DNA of 64,000 nucleotides from Dendrobates tinctorius (taxonomy: Eukaryota): NCBI RefSeq assembly GCF_039654945.1, contig NW_027361806.1, positions 20,956,001 to 21,020,000 on the forward strand, in the 5' to 3' direction. The position numbers and the translations under genes are program-made. The notes under the pieces were generated by a model. That model saw nothing but the letters and a program-made list of their open reading frames with translations. It was not told the origin of the DNA and ran no database searches. Shown in pieces: positions 12,509 through 24,965 of this stretch (the stretch's first letter is position 1; the number at the start of each line of letters is the position of its first letter).

Positions 12509-14865
12509 GGCTACGTGCACACGTAGGAAAAGTGGTGCAGAATTTTCTGCACAAAATCCGAATCTCCTGGCAGAATCCGCAGCCGCGGATTTGCCGCTGT
12601 TTTTATGCGGTTTTTGTGCGGATTTGCCACGGAATTAATGCGGATTTTTTGCAGATTTTCTGCAGTTTTTGCCACTGTGGATTTCTATCATGGAGGGGTC
12701 CAGAAACGCTGCAGATCTGCACAAAAGAAGTGACATGCACTTCTTTTAAATCCACAGCAATTCCGCACTGAATTTTCTGCACCATCTGAGAGACTTATTG
12801 CTAAGGAAAGTAAACCAAACCACAAACTATTCTTTAATTATATAAATAGTAAAAATATTAAAATTGATGGTGTCGGCCCTTTAAAGAACAATGAGGGTGA
12901 AATCATAGAGAGCGATGTGGGAAAAGCAAAGGTTTTAAGTACTTTTTTCTCAACAGTGTTCACACAGGAAAAGGATTTGCCAGGGGAAATGCAGAGTGAT
13001 AATGTAAACTCCCCATTAAGTATTACCTGCCTAACCCAGGAAGAAGTGCAGAACCGCCTTAGTAAGATTAAAATTGACAAATCACCAGGCCCTGATGGCA
13101 TTCACCCTCGGGTATTAAGGGAGTTAAGTAATGTGATAGACAGGCCTCTATTCCTTATATTTAAAGACTCTATAGAATCAGGGTCTGTTCCTTTTGATTG
13201 GCGGCAAGCAAGTGTGGTACCAATATTCAAAAAGGGGTGTAAAAGGGAACCTGGAAACTATAGGCCGGTAAGCTTAACATCTGTTGTGGGTAAAATGTTT
13301 GAGGGTTTCTAAGGGATACCATTATGGAATATCTCAGTGTTAATAAATGTTTAACTCCATATCCACATGGATTTATGAAGGATCGCTCCTGTCAGACTAA
13401 CCTGATCAGCTTCAATGAGGATGTAAGCTCTCAAATGGACCAAGGAGAATCATCGGATGTCATTTATCTCGACTTCTCTACAGCATGTGACACTGTCCCA
13501 CATAAAAGATTGGTCAGTAAGATGAGAAAGCTTGGGCTAGGGGAAAATGTGTGTAGATGGGTAGGGAGCTGGCTTAGTGATAGAAAACAAAGAGTGGTTA
13601 TTAATGGGGCATCCTCAGATTGGGCCAGGGTTACTAGTGGGGGACCACAGGGTTCTGTATTGGGCCCCCTACTATTTAATATATTTTAGTAATGATCTAG
13701 TGGATGGCTTACACAGTAAAATATCAGTATTTGCAGATGATACAAAACTATGTAAGGGAGTTACCACAAAGGAGGACAGTTTACAACTACAGACAGATTT
13801 GAGTAAATTGGAGAATTGGGCTGAAAAATGGCAAATGAGGGTTAACACAGATAAGTGTAAGGTTATGCACATGGGAAGGAGAAACAGATGCCACAATTAC
13901 TTACTAAATGGGAAACTGCTGGGGAAATCAGACATGGAAAAAGACAGGCATCTTAGTCAATAAGAAGCTAAATTGGAGTGCCCAGTGTCAGGCAGCTGCC
14001 ACCAAAGCAAATGGGGTCATGGGATGCATTAGAAGAGGTCTGGGGACACGAAATGAAAACATAATTCTCCCTCTGTACAAATCACTCGTCAGACCACACT
14101 TGGAGGATTGTGTGCAATTTTGGATGCCGGTGCTCAAGAAAGACATTACTGAACTTGAAAGCGTTCAAAGGCGGGCTACTAAAATGATAAATGGAGTTGG
14201 TTCACTACAATACCCAGAAAGGTTATCAAAATTAGGTCTATTTACTCTAGAAAAGAGAAGACTTAGGGGAGACTTAATATATATGTACAAGTATATCAGA
14301 GCGCAATACAGAGATCTCTCCAATGAACTGTTTGTACCAAGGACTGTGACAAGAACAAGGGGGCATTCTCTTCGTTTGGAGGAAAGACAATTTCTGCCCC
14401 AGCATAGAAGAGGGTTCTTCACGGTAAGAGCAGTGAGGCTCTGGAATTCTCTTCCTGAGGAAGTGGTGATGGCCAACTCACTGAATGAATGTAAGAAAGG
14501 AATGGAGGCTTTTCTTGTGAGTAACAGTATAGAAGGTTACCAATAACAGAATATTATAGGTAGATGGTTGACCCAGCTTAGGGGAAGGAATTTTTTTCCC
14601 TATGGAGAAAATTGGCTTCTACTCTGTGGGTTTTTTGCCTTCCCCAGGATCAACAATGCAGAACAGCTGCACTAAAAATAGGCTGAACTAGATGGACATA
14701 AGGTCTTCCTTCAGCCTTCAAAACTATATTACTATGTTATCTGCACAGCTTTTTCTTTTCCATATATTTACATTGTACTGTAAATCACAGTGCGGATCTG
14801 CAGCGTTTCTGCGCGGAAAAATCCGCTGCGGATCCGCAGCAAATCTGCATCGTGTGCACATAGCC
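12509..14865. mobile_element. Harbinger-like MITE (GGCTAYGTGCACACG family) split by the CR1 insertion
   Basis: TIRs GGCTACGTGCACACG (12509) and CGTGTGCACATAGCC (ends 14865, then TTA). The internal GCGGATT-rich sequence continues on both sides of the CR1. Confidence 0.75.
12789..14738 (+). mobile_element. 5'-truncated CR1 LINE (ORF2 RT region plus 3' UTR), pseudogenised
   Basis: Motifs PGPDGIHPRVLREL, GNYRPVSLTSVVGK, YLDFS, PQGSVLGPLLFNIF, FADDTKL and LEKRRLRGDLI spread over ORFs 12917-14546, with a stop and two frameshifts. Short 3' tail; probable TSD ATCTG (12784-12788 and 14739-14743). Confidence 0.93.
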
Positions 14866-15654
14866 TTAGATGAGGATTTTGAAGCGGAAAGCAGAAAAGC
14901 TCAGTGTGAACTTATCCTTGGTTTTGAAGTGGGTCAACTTTTAAATCCACATCAAACAGTATTCAAAGAGCTTTTAATGATAATTTTGAAGTGGATTTGT
15001 TGGAGTTTTCTGCTGAGAAGATGGAAAATCAGCAGCGTATCAGCCCTAGGTAAACATACTCTGGCTTGGTGAGCTGTATTATACATTTCTCACTGAAATC
15101 GATGGACGATGCTTTTAATCCTGCATCCTCCAGACACAGAGAGATTATTATGACTCAGTGACTTTTTGATTATTTTTGGGGCTTTTTTTCAGCACATGAC
15201 GCCAGTCTCAGTCCAGAATATTTGCTGGAGATTTGACAAACAACAGATGAAGCGGCGACTGCTGGGAGTGATTCACACGTTTGGTCTCGCTGTTAACTCT
15301 TGCCTAGTTTTATCTCCGAAGGGAAAGCAATCAAGAAAGCGAACTAGATGCGGAATCCCGTGGAGAGAGTGCTGCTGAATTCCCACTTAGAAGGCTAATA
15401 ATAATATATTTTGCTTCTCCTGGTCGGTGAGTCACTGGAGGCTCTTAAGATTCCAGATTTTTCTTATATTACAGTCTGCATCTTCTATTCCTTGGCAAAT
15501 CTGACAGGAGCTGATAACGTCAATCACGGCGTGGTGCGACTCTGCGTGGATTATTTAGTGTTTCTGTTCTTCGCAAGCAGAAAGTGACAGTGTGACGGGT
15601 ATATTCCAGATACCACCTCTGAGTACATGAGAAAGGCCGTGTGACTCTGTGGAA

Positions 15655-15967
15655 GGGTCTGTGCACACGGTGCAGATTCTGCTGCGTTGTACAGTACCTT
15701 TAAAGTCAACGAAAAACGGAAAACACAGTGTACATTCTGCGGATTTTTCTGCGCGGATTAGCTGCGGTTTTAAATCCGCAGCATGTCAATTCCTTGTGCG
15801 GAATCTGCAGCGTTTTGACACCTGCTCCATTATAAAAATCTGCAGATGTCAAAACGCAGGGGAAATCCGCACTAAATCCGCAAGTAAAACACAGGTCATT
15901 TCACCTGCGGATTTAGCCAAATCCGCAGCAGAATCCGCAACAGAATCCGTAACGTGTGCACATACCC
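15655..15967. mobile_element. Harbinger-like MITE
   Basis: TIRs GGGTCTGTGCACACG / CGTGTGCACATACCC, followed by TAA. Confidence 0.7.
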
Positions 15968-15970
15968 TAA

Positions 15971-16434
15971 GGCTACTTTCACACTTCAGGTATTTGCCGT
16001 CATGTGGAAACCGGCAGAGTGAGAAAAACCGGATCTGTTTCCTTTGTGCAAGTACCTGATGCAACTTTTTGGCCGGCTACGGCTGACTCTGAATTTAAAG
16101 GAACAGTGATTTGGAGGAGAGAGAGAGATGTTTTCCGTCACTTGCAGGATTAACATTCATGCCCGATGAAATTTGCCGGGCACGCGCAGTGGAAAAAAGC
16201 AGTCCGGCACAGGAAAAAAATGTTGCATGGAATGTTTTTTCAGGACGCCGCACCGTCACTTTATGCCGTATCCGGCAAAATCCGGACGCGCCGCGTGTTA
16301 AAGCGGCGCAATGCGGCACCAATGTATCTCAATGGGGAAAAAGCTGGATCCGGCACCACATATCGCCGGATCCGGTTTTGCAAATTTTCGCAGCAGGGCG
16401 CCGGATTCAAAAAGCCGGAAATGTGAAAGTAGCC
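15971..16434. mobile_element. Harbinger-like MITE (GGCTACTTTCACA family) abutting the previous MITE
   Basis: TIRs GGCTACTTTCACA / TGTGAAAGTAGCC with TAA on both sides; CCGG-rich interior. Confidence 0.85.
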
Positions 16435-16679
16435 TAAGAGGGTGGCGGATGCCGGACACCTTCTTAACAGTTGTATTTTTGATGCGTTGGGGCAGAAGGA
16501 CCTCGGCAGAAAGATCTATATGGGTGTGCTGGCTCTGATTCACCACCATGTTGGCGTGGGCATGAACTGTTTCCTGCCAGAATGGGGTCAGTCCACTTAA
16601 CGAGAGTCTCGAAAATCTCTATCTAAAGTACCCAGAGTACAAAAGCAAAGAAAAAGCAGTGAAGTGACCAGAAGAGCAC

Positions 16680-17020
16680 CATCTGGTTGTGCGAGTGGGC
16701 ACTGTGAGGACAAGGGCCTTGGGTAGAGCGCTAGTGACCATGGGTTGACCATCCAGTTCTGTGAGTGAGCACTGTGGGGATGGGGTGGTCCAATAAAGCG
16801 CTGGTGACCATGGGGTGACTGTCTAGTTGAAAGAGTGAGTGGGTACTGTGAGGACGAGGGCCTGGGCTACAGCACTAGTGACCAGGAGGGAACCATCTAG
16901 TAGTGTGAGTGAGCACTGTGAGGACGAGGGCCTGGAGTACAGCACTAGTGACCAGGAAGGAACCATCTATGGTGAGGTTGAGGGCCTCAGGTGCAGAACA
17001 TGGGACCCGCAGGAGTCTGG
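16680..17020. repeat. Degenerate ~60-bp tandem repeat
   Basis: Recurring GAGTGAGCACTGTGAGGACGAGGGCCT...CTAGTGACCA units. Confidence 0.6.
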
Positions 17021-17113
17021 TTGTCCGGTTTTGTGAGTGGATGAGGGCCTGAATGGCCTAGTGGGTAATTCTCTGATCTCGCCGCTGGTTCTCTGAGCTT
17101 TCTCGCTTCTCAC

Positions 17114-17206
17114 CTGCAGAACATCTTGCTGCAGCTTCCACAGATCCACCGTAATGCGCATCACCGGCCGCAGGTCCGGAGCGCTGTCTACTCTTCTCAC
17201 AGGCTG
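17114..17206 (-). CDS. lrriq3: Probable LRRIQ3 93-nt symmetric exon (QPVRRVDSAPDLRPVMRITVDLWKLQQDVLQ)
   Basis: NAGNAG acceptor atattcag|CAG and strong donor CAG|gtgag. Open phase 0-0 frame between the 154-nt and 130-nt exons. Confidence 0.55.
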
Positions 17207-17675
17207 CTGAATATTAGTAATAGAAAAAAAGCCTCATGAAATAGCGTCCTCCTGCCCCGCAAAGTCACCGCGCCACCGTCCCGTCTCACCAAGGTCACGC
17301 CGGGCACTTTATGGATCAGATTATGCTGTACATTTAACTTTTGCAGTGACGATAACTTCCCCCCGTCCACCATAAAGCAGAGATGTCACCGGCCACATCG
17401 CTGCCATTATCTGCACTTAAAGGGAAACTCGACTTTTCCACAAAAATTTACAATACACATTTAAATTACCTCTGTGAAAATCTTTAGCTTTAGGCCTCAT
17501 CCAAACGTCAATTATGTTTTTGCATACAGGAAAAAAAAACAAAACAGAGCGTCTTTCATCAGCTTTTCATCTATTTTGGCACGGGTGACAGTGTGTCCTT
17601 GTTTAGTATTAGTGTCTTATCTATTTTCTTCAATGCAAAAAATAAAAACATTTTCCATGCTTTTTTTTGGGCTAA

Positions 17676-18825
17676 GGCTGGTTTCACATTTGCGTTTTTT
17701 AGCGCTGGAAAAAAACGCTAACCTGCGCATGCGTTTTTTCCCCTATATTTAACATGGGTGCGCATACCTGCGCGCTTGTAAGCGCATGTATGCGATTTTC
17801 ATGCGCTGCGTTTTTTTTGGGTGTGCGTTTGGATTTTCCAGACGCAGCATGTTGCATTTTTTGGCCCTGCAAAAAAGCGCATGCGCACATATGCGCACGT
17901 TTTGCGCTAAAAATGGCCATTATAGCCTATGGATGCGCATATGTGCGCACTGGCATGCTCATGTATGCGTTTTTTTGCATATGCGTTTTTTTTTTTAACC
18001 ATGGAATTTAGGGGTTTGGGTTAGAGTTAGGGTTAGTTAAGGGGGTTTAGGGTTAGGGTTAGGGTCAGGGTCAGGGTTAGGGTTGGGGTTTGGGTCAGGG
18101 TTAGGGTTAAGTATGGTTTGGTTAAGGGTTAGGGTCAGGGTTAGGGTCAGGATTAGGGTTAANNNNNNNNNNNNNNNNNNNNNNNNNNNNNNNNNNNNNN
18201 NNNNNNNNNNNNNNNNNNNNNNNNNNNNNNNNNNNNNNNNNNNNNNNNNNNNNNNNNNNNNNNNNNNNNNNNNNNNNNNNNNNNNNNNNNNNNNNNNNNN
18301 NNNNNNNNNNNNNNNNNNNNNNNNNNNNNNNNNNNNNNNNNNNNNNNNNNNNNNNNNNNNNNNNNNNNNNNNNNNNNNNNNNNNNNNNNNNNNNNNNNNN
18401 NNNNNNNNNNNNNNNNNNNNNNNNNNNNNNNNNNNNNNNNNNNNNNNNNNNNNNNNNNNNNNNNNNNNNNNNNNNNNNNNNNNNNNNNNNNNNNNNNNNN
18501 NNNNNNNNNNNNNNNNNTGGGTTAGGGTTAAGTATGATTTGGTTAAGGGTTAGGGTCAGGGTTAGGGTTAGGGTCAGGGTTAGGGTTAGTAAAGTCATGG
18601 TTTGGGTTAGTGTGAGGGGCCACCCTTATGTTGGAAAAAAACGCAAACGCGGTAAAAACGCACTAAAAACGCATACAAACGCATAAAAACGCTGCGTTTT
18701 TTTCATGCATGCTCATAAAAATGCTTGAAAAAAACGCAGCAGTTGTATGCTTTTGTATGCGTTTTTTCAATGCGTTTTTTTGCGGGAAAAACGCGCTGCA
18801 AAAAAAAGCAAGTGTGAAACTAGCC
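17676..18825. mobile_element. Harbinger-like MITE containing a telomere-type repeat tract
   Basis: TIRs GGCTGGTTTCACA.TTGC / GCAAGTGTGAAACTAGCC with a TAA TSD. Internal (TTAGGG/TCAGGG)n at ~18005-18610 spans an assembly gap. Confidence 0.75.
18005..18610 (+). repeat. Interstitial telomere-like repeat (TTAGGG with TCAGGG variants); N gap at 18163-18517
   Basis: Directly visible on both sides of the gap. Confidence 0.9.
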
Positions 18826-19850
18826 TAAGTTCACACTGGGCGTTTTTGCAGCTTTTTTTAATGTTTTTTTTTTTTTTAATGAAAATTTTCAGCTGCGTTT
18901 TACAGGACCAGGAAAGACTATGAGATTTCAGAAATCTCCTGCACACACATTGCTTTTTGTCTTCGGTATTTTGTGCTAGGCATGGTTTTTTTTGCACAAT
19001 GGAGCATGTCACTTCTCTTTCAGCGTTTTTCACCCATTGAAATTAATTGATGGTGAAAAATTGCTGAAAAAAACGCACTAAAATGTAAGTATCATATTTT
19101 CCTGCATTTTTTTGTGCAAAAACCTGATTCTACAGAATAGGACATTTTTTTTCAACACTAAATTCCTCAGCATGCAAAAGAGACTAATCTAGGATGCCAA
19201 AACCGCCACAAAAACCACACAAAACACGCCGCAAAAAATGCAAGAAAAACCAAGGAAAACATACTTTTATTCTGCAACTTCTATCCTGTCAAGAACTGCA
19301 GAAAAAAACGCCTAGTGTGAACTTACCCTTACAGATTACATAGTGAAACCAGCCAGCACCTGGATGACACACAGGATGACACACAGATGGCACCTGCCTG
19401 CTGTTTTTTTTTTTTTTTGCTTCTTTTTTTTTTTACTGATCTGTTCATTTAAAGGCCAAGTTTGATCTGGATGAAAAATGGATGTCACATTTTTTTTTTT
19501 TCGGACAACAGGTTTGAAAAAAAAGTATGAACAACTCCGTAGACTATAAAAGATGCATGCTCAATATGAGCAACACACAGTTAAAACACATGCTCGAAAC
19601 TCATTATACTGAGGTCTTAAACCATGTTCTCAAGCAGAGGAAACAGCTGTAAGTCATGGGTGATACTGGCAGCAAACAGAAATCTGCTGCAGCACCTCCG
19701 CAGGAAAAATGAAGCATTGCACATGTCAGGTCCTCCAGAGCAAGAAACTAATAGGTGAACGGACGCCCTGCAAATCTGACTCAATATATATAATATACAC
19801 CTTCCCCTTTAAGGCATTTTTTTATATCAATCTCTTATTTCCATTTTTAC

Positions 19851-20004
19851 CTGTATAATCACCGGGAGTCGTCCGCGGTTCAATGGACGGTCCCAAAAGT
19901 TCGGTTCCACTACAGCTTTAACAGGAGGGTTCGCCCTCCACTCCCGACTTCCCCTTTGCCAGTAATGTAATTTCGCCCTCTTCGTCTCCAGCTGAGGAGT
20001 AAAG
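19851..20004 (-). CDS. lrriq3: LRRIQ3 internal exon (154 nt)
   Basis: Splice sites atattcacag|C TTT ACT...ATA CAG|gtaaaa. Phase 2 to phase 0, completing the Gly codon begun in the IQ exon; open frame within ORF 19827-20138. Confidence 0.7.
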
Positions 20005-20809
20005 CTGTGAATATATACCCAGCGTATTATTTTTAGCATACTTTGCAAATATTCTAAGCCCGCGGTAATATATGAAGGATGAAAAGTCGCATTGTGACCC
20101 TGCACATTAATAACGGTGATTCGCACCGCCGCCGCCATAGTGAAGATTGGATTTTCTGTATCTTACTTTATTTTGTATATGGATACTTCATTTTTCTTTT
20201 TTATGTCGCCATCACTTCTCCCTAAGTCCCAGCGCCCTCTTTAGCTTTGAGCTATCTCTCCGCCACGTGCGCAGCGCGCGCTCCCTTCACTTGCTAACTC
20301 TTCACCCAGACAGGTAGATCTCTCGGAGGAAAACTCAGCAGCGTTATCCAGATCAGGGGATGAGTGGACAGTAGACCGTGGAGCGAAAATAGCAGCAGAG
20401 GCAGCAATACTGCAGACAAGGAGGGCAGCGGACTGAAAAATATATGTGTATGGAATGATACAAAAAAATGTCAAAATTATGAAATTTGCACAGATGAGCA
20501 GGTTGGCACCTAATAAAGGGATTCAGCGCAACCTGTGTAATCCCTGCTCCTTGTGAGTTCTAAGTCCCCGATGCTGGTTGTACTTCATGATTGACAGTTC
20601 GCCCTCTGCACATATACACAGATAAGGCTGTCAATTATTCAGTAGGATACAGCACTCTAAAGAACAATTCTGTCACATTGTAGTCACTGCCATCGTGACC
20701 AAGGTTTCTATTCAGGGAAATCTCCATGTCGAAAGAAGATCTAGTATACTTAAGAAGTTTGTTACCATCCTTAATTAAGAAATATGTGGCAAGTACAGTA
20801 AATGCGCTT

Positions 20810-23502
20810 ATCTTGTATTATACTCCAGAGCTGCACTCACTATTCTGCTGGTGCAGTCACTGTGTACATACATTACATTACTGATCCTGAGTTACATCCT
20901 GTATTATACCCCAGAGCTGCACTCACTATTCTGCTGGTGCAGTCACTGTGTACATACATTACATTACTGATCCTGAGTTACATCCTGTATTATACCCCAG
21001 AGCTGCACTCACTATTCTGCTGGTGTAGTCACTGTGTACATACATTACATTACTGATCCTGAGTTACATCCTGTATTATACCCCAGAGCTGCACTCTCTA
21101 TTCTGCTAGTGCAGTCACTGTGTACATACATTACTGATCCTGAGTTACATCCTGTATTATACTCCAGAGCTGCACTCACTATTCTGCTGGTGCAGTCACT
21201 GTGTACATACATTACTGATCCTGAGTTACATCCTGTATTATACTCCAGAGCTGTACTCACTATTCTGCTGGTGCAGTCACTGTGTACATACATTACATTA
21301 CTGATCCTGAGTTACATCCTGTATTATACCCCAGAGCTGCACTCACTATTCTGCTGGTGCAGTCACTGTGTGCATACATTACATTACTGATCCTGAGTTA
21401 CATCCTGTATTATACCCCAGAGCTGCACTCACTATTCTGCTGGTGCAGTCACTGTGTACATACATTACATTACTGATCCTGAGTTACATCCTGTATTATA
21501 CCCCAGAGCTGCACTCACTATTCTGCTGGTGTAGTCACTGTGTACATACATTACATTACTGATCCTGAGTTACATCCTGTATTACACCCCAGAGCTGCAC
21601 TCTCTATTCTGCTGGTGCAGTCACTGTGTACATACATTACTGATCCTGAGTTACATCCTGTATTATACTCCAGAGCTGTACTCACTATTCTGCTGGTGCA
21701 GTCACTGTGTACATACATTACATTACTGATCCTGAGTTACATCCTGTATTATACCCCAGAGCTGCACTCACTATTCTGCTGGTGCAGTCACTGTGTACAT
21801 ACATTACTGATCCTGAGTTACATCCTGTATTATACCCCAGAGCTGCACTCACTATTCTGCTGGTGCAGTCACTGTGTACATACATTACTGATCCTGAGTT
21901 ACATCCTGTATTATACTCCAGAGCTGTACTCACTATTCTGCTGGTGCAGTCACTGTGTACATACATTACATTACTGATCCTGAGTTACATCCTGTATTAT
22001 ACCCCAGAGCTGCACTCACTATTCTGCTGGTGCAGTCACTGTGTACATACATTACATTACTGATCCTGAGTTACTACATCCTGTATTATACTCCAGAGCT
22101 GCACTCACTATTCTGCTGGTGCAGTCACTGTGTACATACATTACATTACTGATCCTGAGTTACTACATCCTGTATTATACTCCAGAGCTGCACTCACTAT
22201 TCTGCTGGTGCAGTCACTGTGTACATACATTACATTACTGATCCTGAGTTACTACATCCTGTATTATACTCCAGAGCTGCACTCACTATTCTGCTGGTAC
22301 AGTCATTGTGTACATACATTACATTACTGATCCAGAGTTACATCCTGCATTATACTCCAGAGCTGCACTCACTATTCTGCTGGTGCAGTCACTGTGTACA
22401 TACATTACATTACTGATCCTGAGTTACTACATCCTGTATTATACTCCAGAGCTGCACTCACTATTCTGCTGGTACAGTCATTGTGTACATACATTACATT
22501 ACTGATCCAGAGTTACATCCTGTATTATACCCCAGAGCTGCACTCACTATTCTGCTGGTGCAGTCACTGTGTACATACATTACATTACTGATCCTGAGTT
22601 ACTACATCCTGTATTATACTCCAGAGCTGCACTCACTATTCTGCTGGTACAGTCATTGTGTACATACATTACATTACTGATCCAGAGTTACATCCTGCAT
22701 TATACTCCAGAGCTGCACTCACTATTCTGCTGGTACAGTCATTGTGTACATACATTACATTACTGATCCTGAGTTACATCCTGTATTATGCTCCAGAGCT
22801 GCACTCACTATTCTGCTGGTGCAGTCACTGTGTACATACATTACATTACTGATCCTGAGTTACTACATCCTGTATTATACTCCAGAGCTGCACTCACTAT
22901 TCTGCTGGTACAGTCATTGTGTACATACATTACATTACTGATCCAGAGTTACATCCTGCATTATACTCCAGAGCTGCACTCACTATTCTGCTGGTGCACT
23001 CACTGTGTACATACATTACATTACTGATCCTGAGTTACATCCTGTATTATACTCCAGAGCTGCACTCACTATTCTGCTGGTGCACTCACTGTGTACATAC
23101 ATTACATTACTGATCCTGAGTTACATCCTGTATTATACTCCAGAGCTGCACTCACTATTCTGCTGGTACAGTCATTGTGTACATACATTACATTACTGAT
23201 CCTGAGTTACATCCTGTATTATACTCCAGAGCTGCACTCACTATTCTGCTGGTGCACTCACTGTGTACATACATTACATTACTGATCCTGAGTTACATCC
23301 TGTATTATACTCCATTGCTGCACTCACTACTCTGCTGGTGCACTCACTGTGTACATACATTACATTACTGATCCTGAGTTACATCCTGTATTATACTCCA
23401 GAGCTGCACTCACTACTCTGCTGGTGCACTCACTGTGTACATACATTACATTACTGATCCCGAGTTATATCCTGCATTATACTCCAGAGCTGCGCTCACT
23501 AT
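20810..23502. repeat. 86-bp tandem satellite, array 2 (about 31 units; 81, 86 and 89-bp variants)
   Basis: Same unit and orientation as array 1. Confidence 0.97.
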
Positions 23503-23994
23503 GTCTCTTAGGTGCTATTGGTGGTAGTGAGTGGACTATCCTCCTGTGAGGCTTGGTGAACGTTATGAACTTCATGTTATGTCCGGGCTGCGTCCCTGCT
23601 CACCGGCGGAGTCTCTGTGCTGTTCGTAGACCCAGTCACCTTATTTTATGACCGCATATTCTGCAGCGAGCCTCTGAGCGCCGAGGCTGCATTTTCTTCT
23701 CAGGCACTTAGAGTCCACTGCACATTGGAGAGTGAATCTTTTCTCTGCGCTCCTGCCCTCCAGACTTTGCTACTTAAGCGTTTATTTCACCCAAAAGGAC
23801 CGAGCTCAGAGAGGTGTGGGCGCTTTACGGAAGCCTATTATTGTATATAGCGGCATGTTCACGGCACGCTGGGGCCACATACTTTATGGGAACATAAACC
23901 ACTTTCTCAAACATGATTTTCTTTTTTTTGTTTTTTTTTGTTGCCAATTTTGCTCAAAACAAACATAAAACGAGAGTGAACGTGCGGCACGCAC

Positions 23995-24128
23995 CCCATC
24001 CTCCGACGCAGTAAATATCCTCGGATCCATTTCTGGACAATTAGCACCGGGGAACAAGTTGCCAGAACGCGATTGATTTCTCTAATGATTTTGTCCACCG
24101 CTTTCATTTCATTCTCCAGGCTGAAATC
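23995..24128 (-). CDS. lrriq3: LRRIQ3 IQ-motif exon (134 nt)
   Basis: Splice sites ttgcag|GAT...ATGGG|gtgcgt. Encodes SPVLIVQKWIRGYLLRRRM, an IQ calmodulin-binding motif. Confidence 0.9.
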
Positions 24129-24737
24129 CTGCAACATAACGAGAGCACAATCAATGCCGCGCATGATTCCTAAAAAAAGGAGAGAAGCTGCGCACAGATG
24201 CTCGTCTCAGGATTACGCATGAAATATTGAGATTCGCCACTGAGACGGAGCGTTCGGATCCTTCGCATAAACAAAGCCTCGTCTCATTAATGTGTTACAT
24301 CCCGAGCCTCCGATACGGAAGGCCACAAAGGATTACCGAAAGGAAAAGCTCATTTCCTGGAGGCGTCTGCGGGGGATTTTCTAACCTTTACACCCAAGAC
24401 GTAACGCATGCGCCAACAGCTTCCGGCACCTTAAAGGAAATGCCGGAAAGAGGGCGAAGAATATTCATTGCTGGATGTATCATACGAGTTCTCGGCAGAT
24501 GAGACGGAGAATTATTCTTTATATCTGCATTGCAAAGATTACAACGAAGGTTCTGGATTCTGAGGTTTAATCGCTTTCCCAATCAGACAATTTTTCATTT
24601 TCGCACTTTCCTTTTTAAACTGCCCTTCTACCAAGAGCCATAACGTTTTTATTCTTCCATCTTCCCAGCCATATGACGAGGGCTCGTTTTTCTGCAAGAC
24701 GATTTATATTTTAAATGACACCATTGTTAAAAAAAAA

Positions 24738-24965
24738 AAAATACAACGCGTTTCGACTGCCAACAGCCTTCCTCGGGTGCCTAAATTGTCTCAGCACTGA
24801 AGGGGTTAATGGTGCCTGCACCCAGTAATGGAGACTTTCCACATACATGATATTAAGGCATGTGGAGAGTCCCCATTGCTGGGCGACATTTACCCCTTCA
24901 GTGCTGAGGCTATAAATATATAAGCACCTGAGGAAGGCTGTTGGCAGCCGAAACGCGTTGTATTT
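24738..24965. mobile_element. Penelope-like inverted-repeat fragment with degenerate hammerhead motifs
   Basis: Imperfect palindrome. The plus-strand arm has CTGAGGA-AGGCTG-TTGG-CAGCC-GAAACGCGTT (24928-24959); the minus-strand arm has the same motif with CCGAGGA. Confidence 0.65.

Larger units (their letters stand above)
17669..19328. mobile_element. Older MITE whose left TIR was interrupted by the telomere-repeat MITE
   Basis: Removing 17676-18828 restores GGGCTAAGTTCACACTGGGCG, which matches the right TIR CGCCTAGTGTGAACTTACCC ending at 19328. Confidence 0.6.

Noticed and set aside
18005-18610. True telomere or chromosome fusion point
   Set aside because: The tract has a single orientation, sits inside MITE TIRs, and lies between collinear lrriq3 exons.
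20241-20474. Additional lrriq3 exon
   Set aside because: It has an acceptor-like site, but its phase does not fit the phase-2 junction, which the 19851-20004 exon already satisfies, and it has no recognisable motif.
8052-23549. Many [16 protein letters not shown] ORFs, and a CRISPR-like appearance
   Set aside because: These are translations of the 86-bp satellite. The units are contiguous with no unique spacers, there are no cas genes, and the context is eukaryotic.
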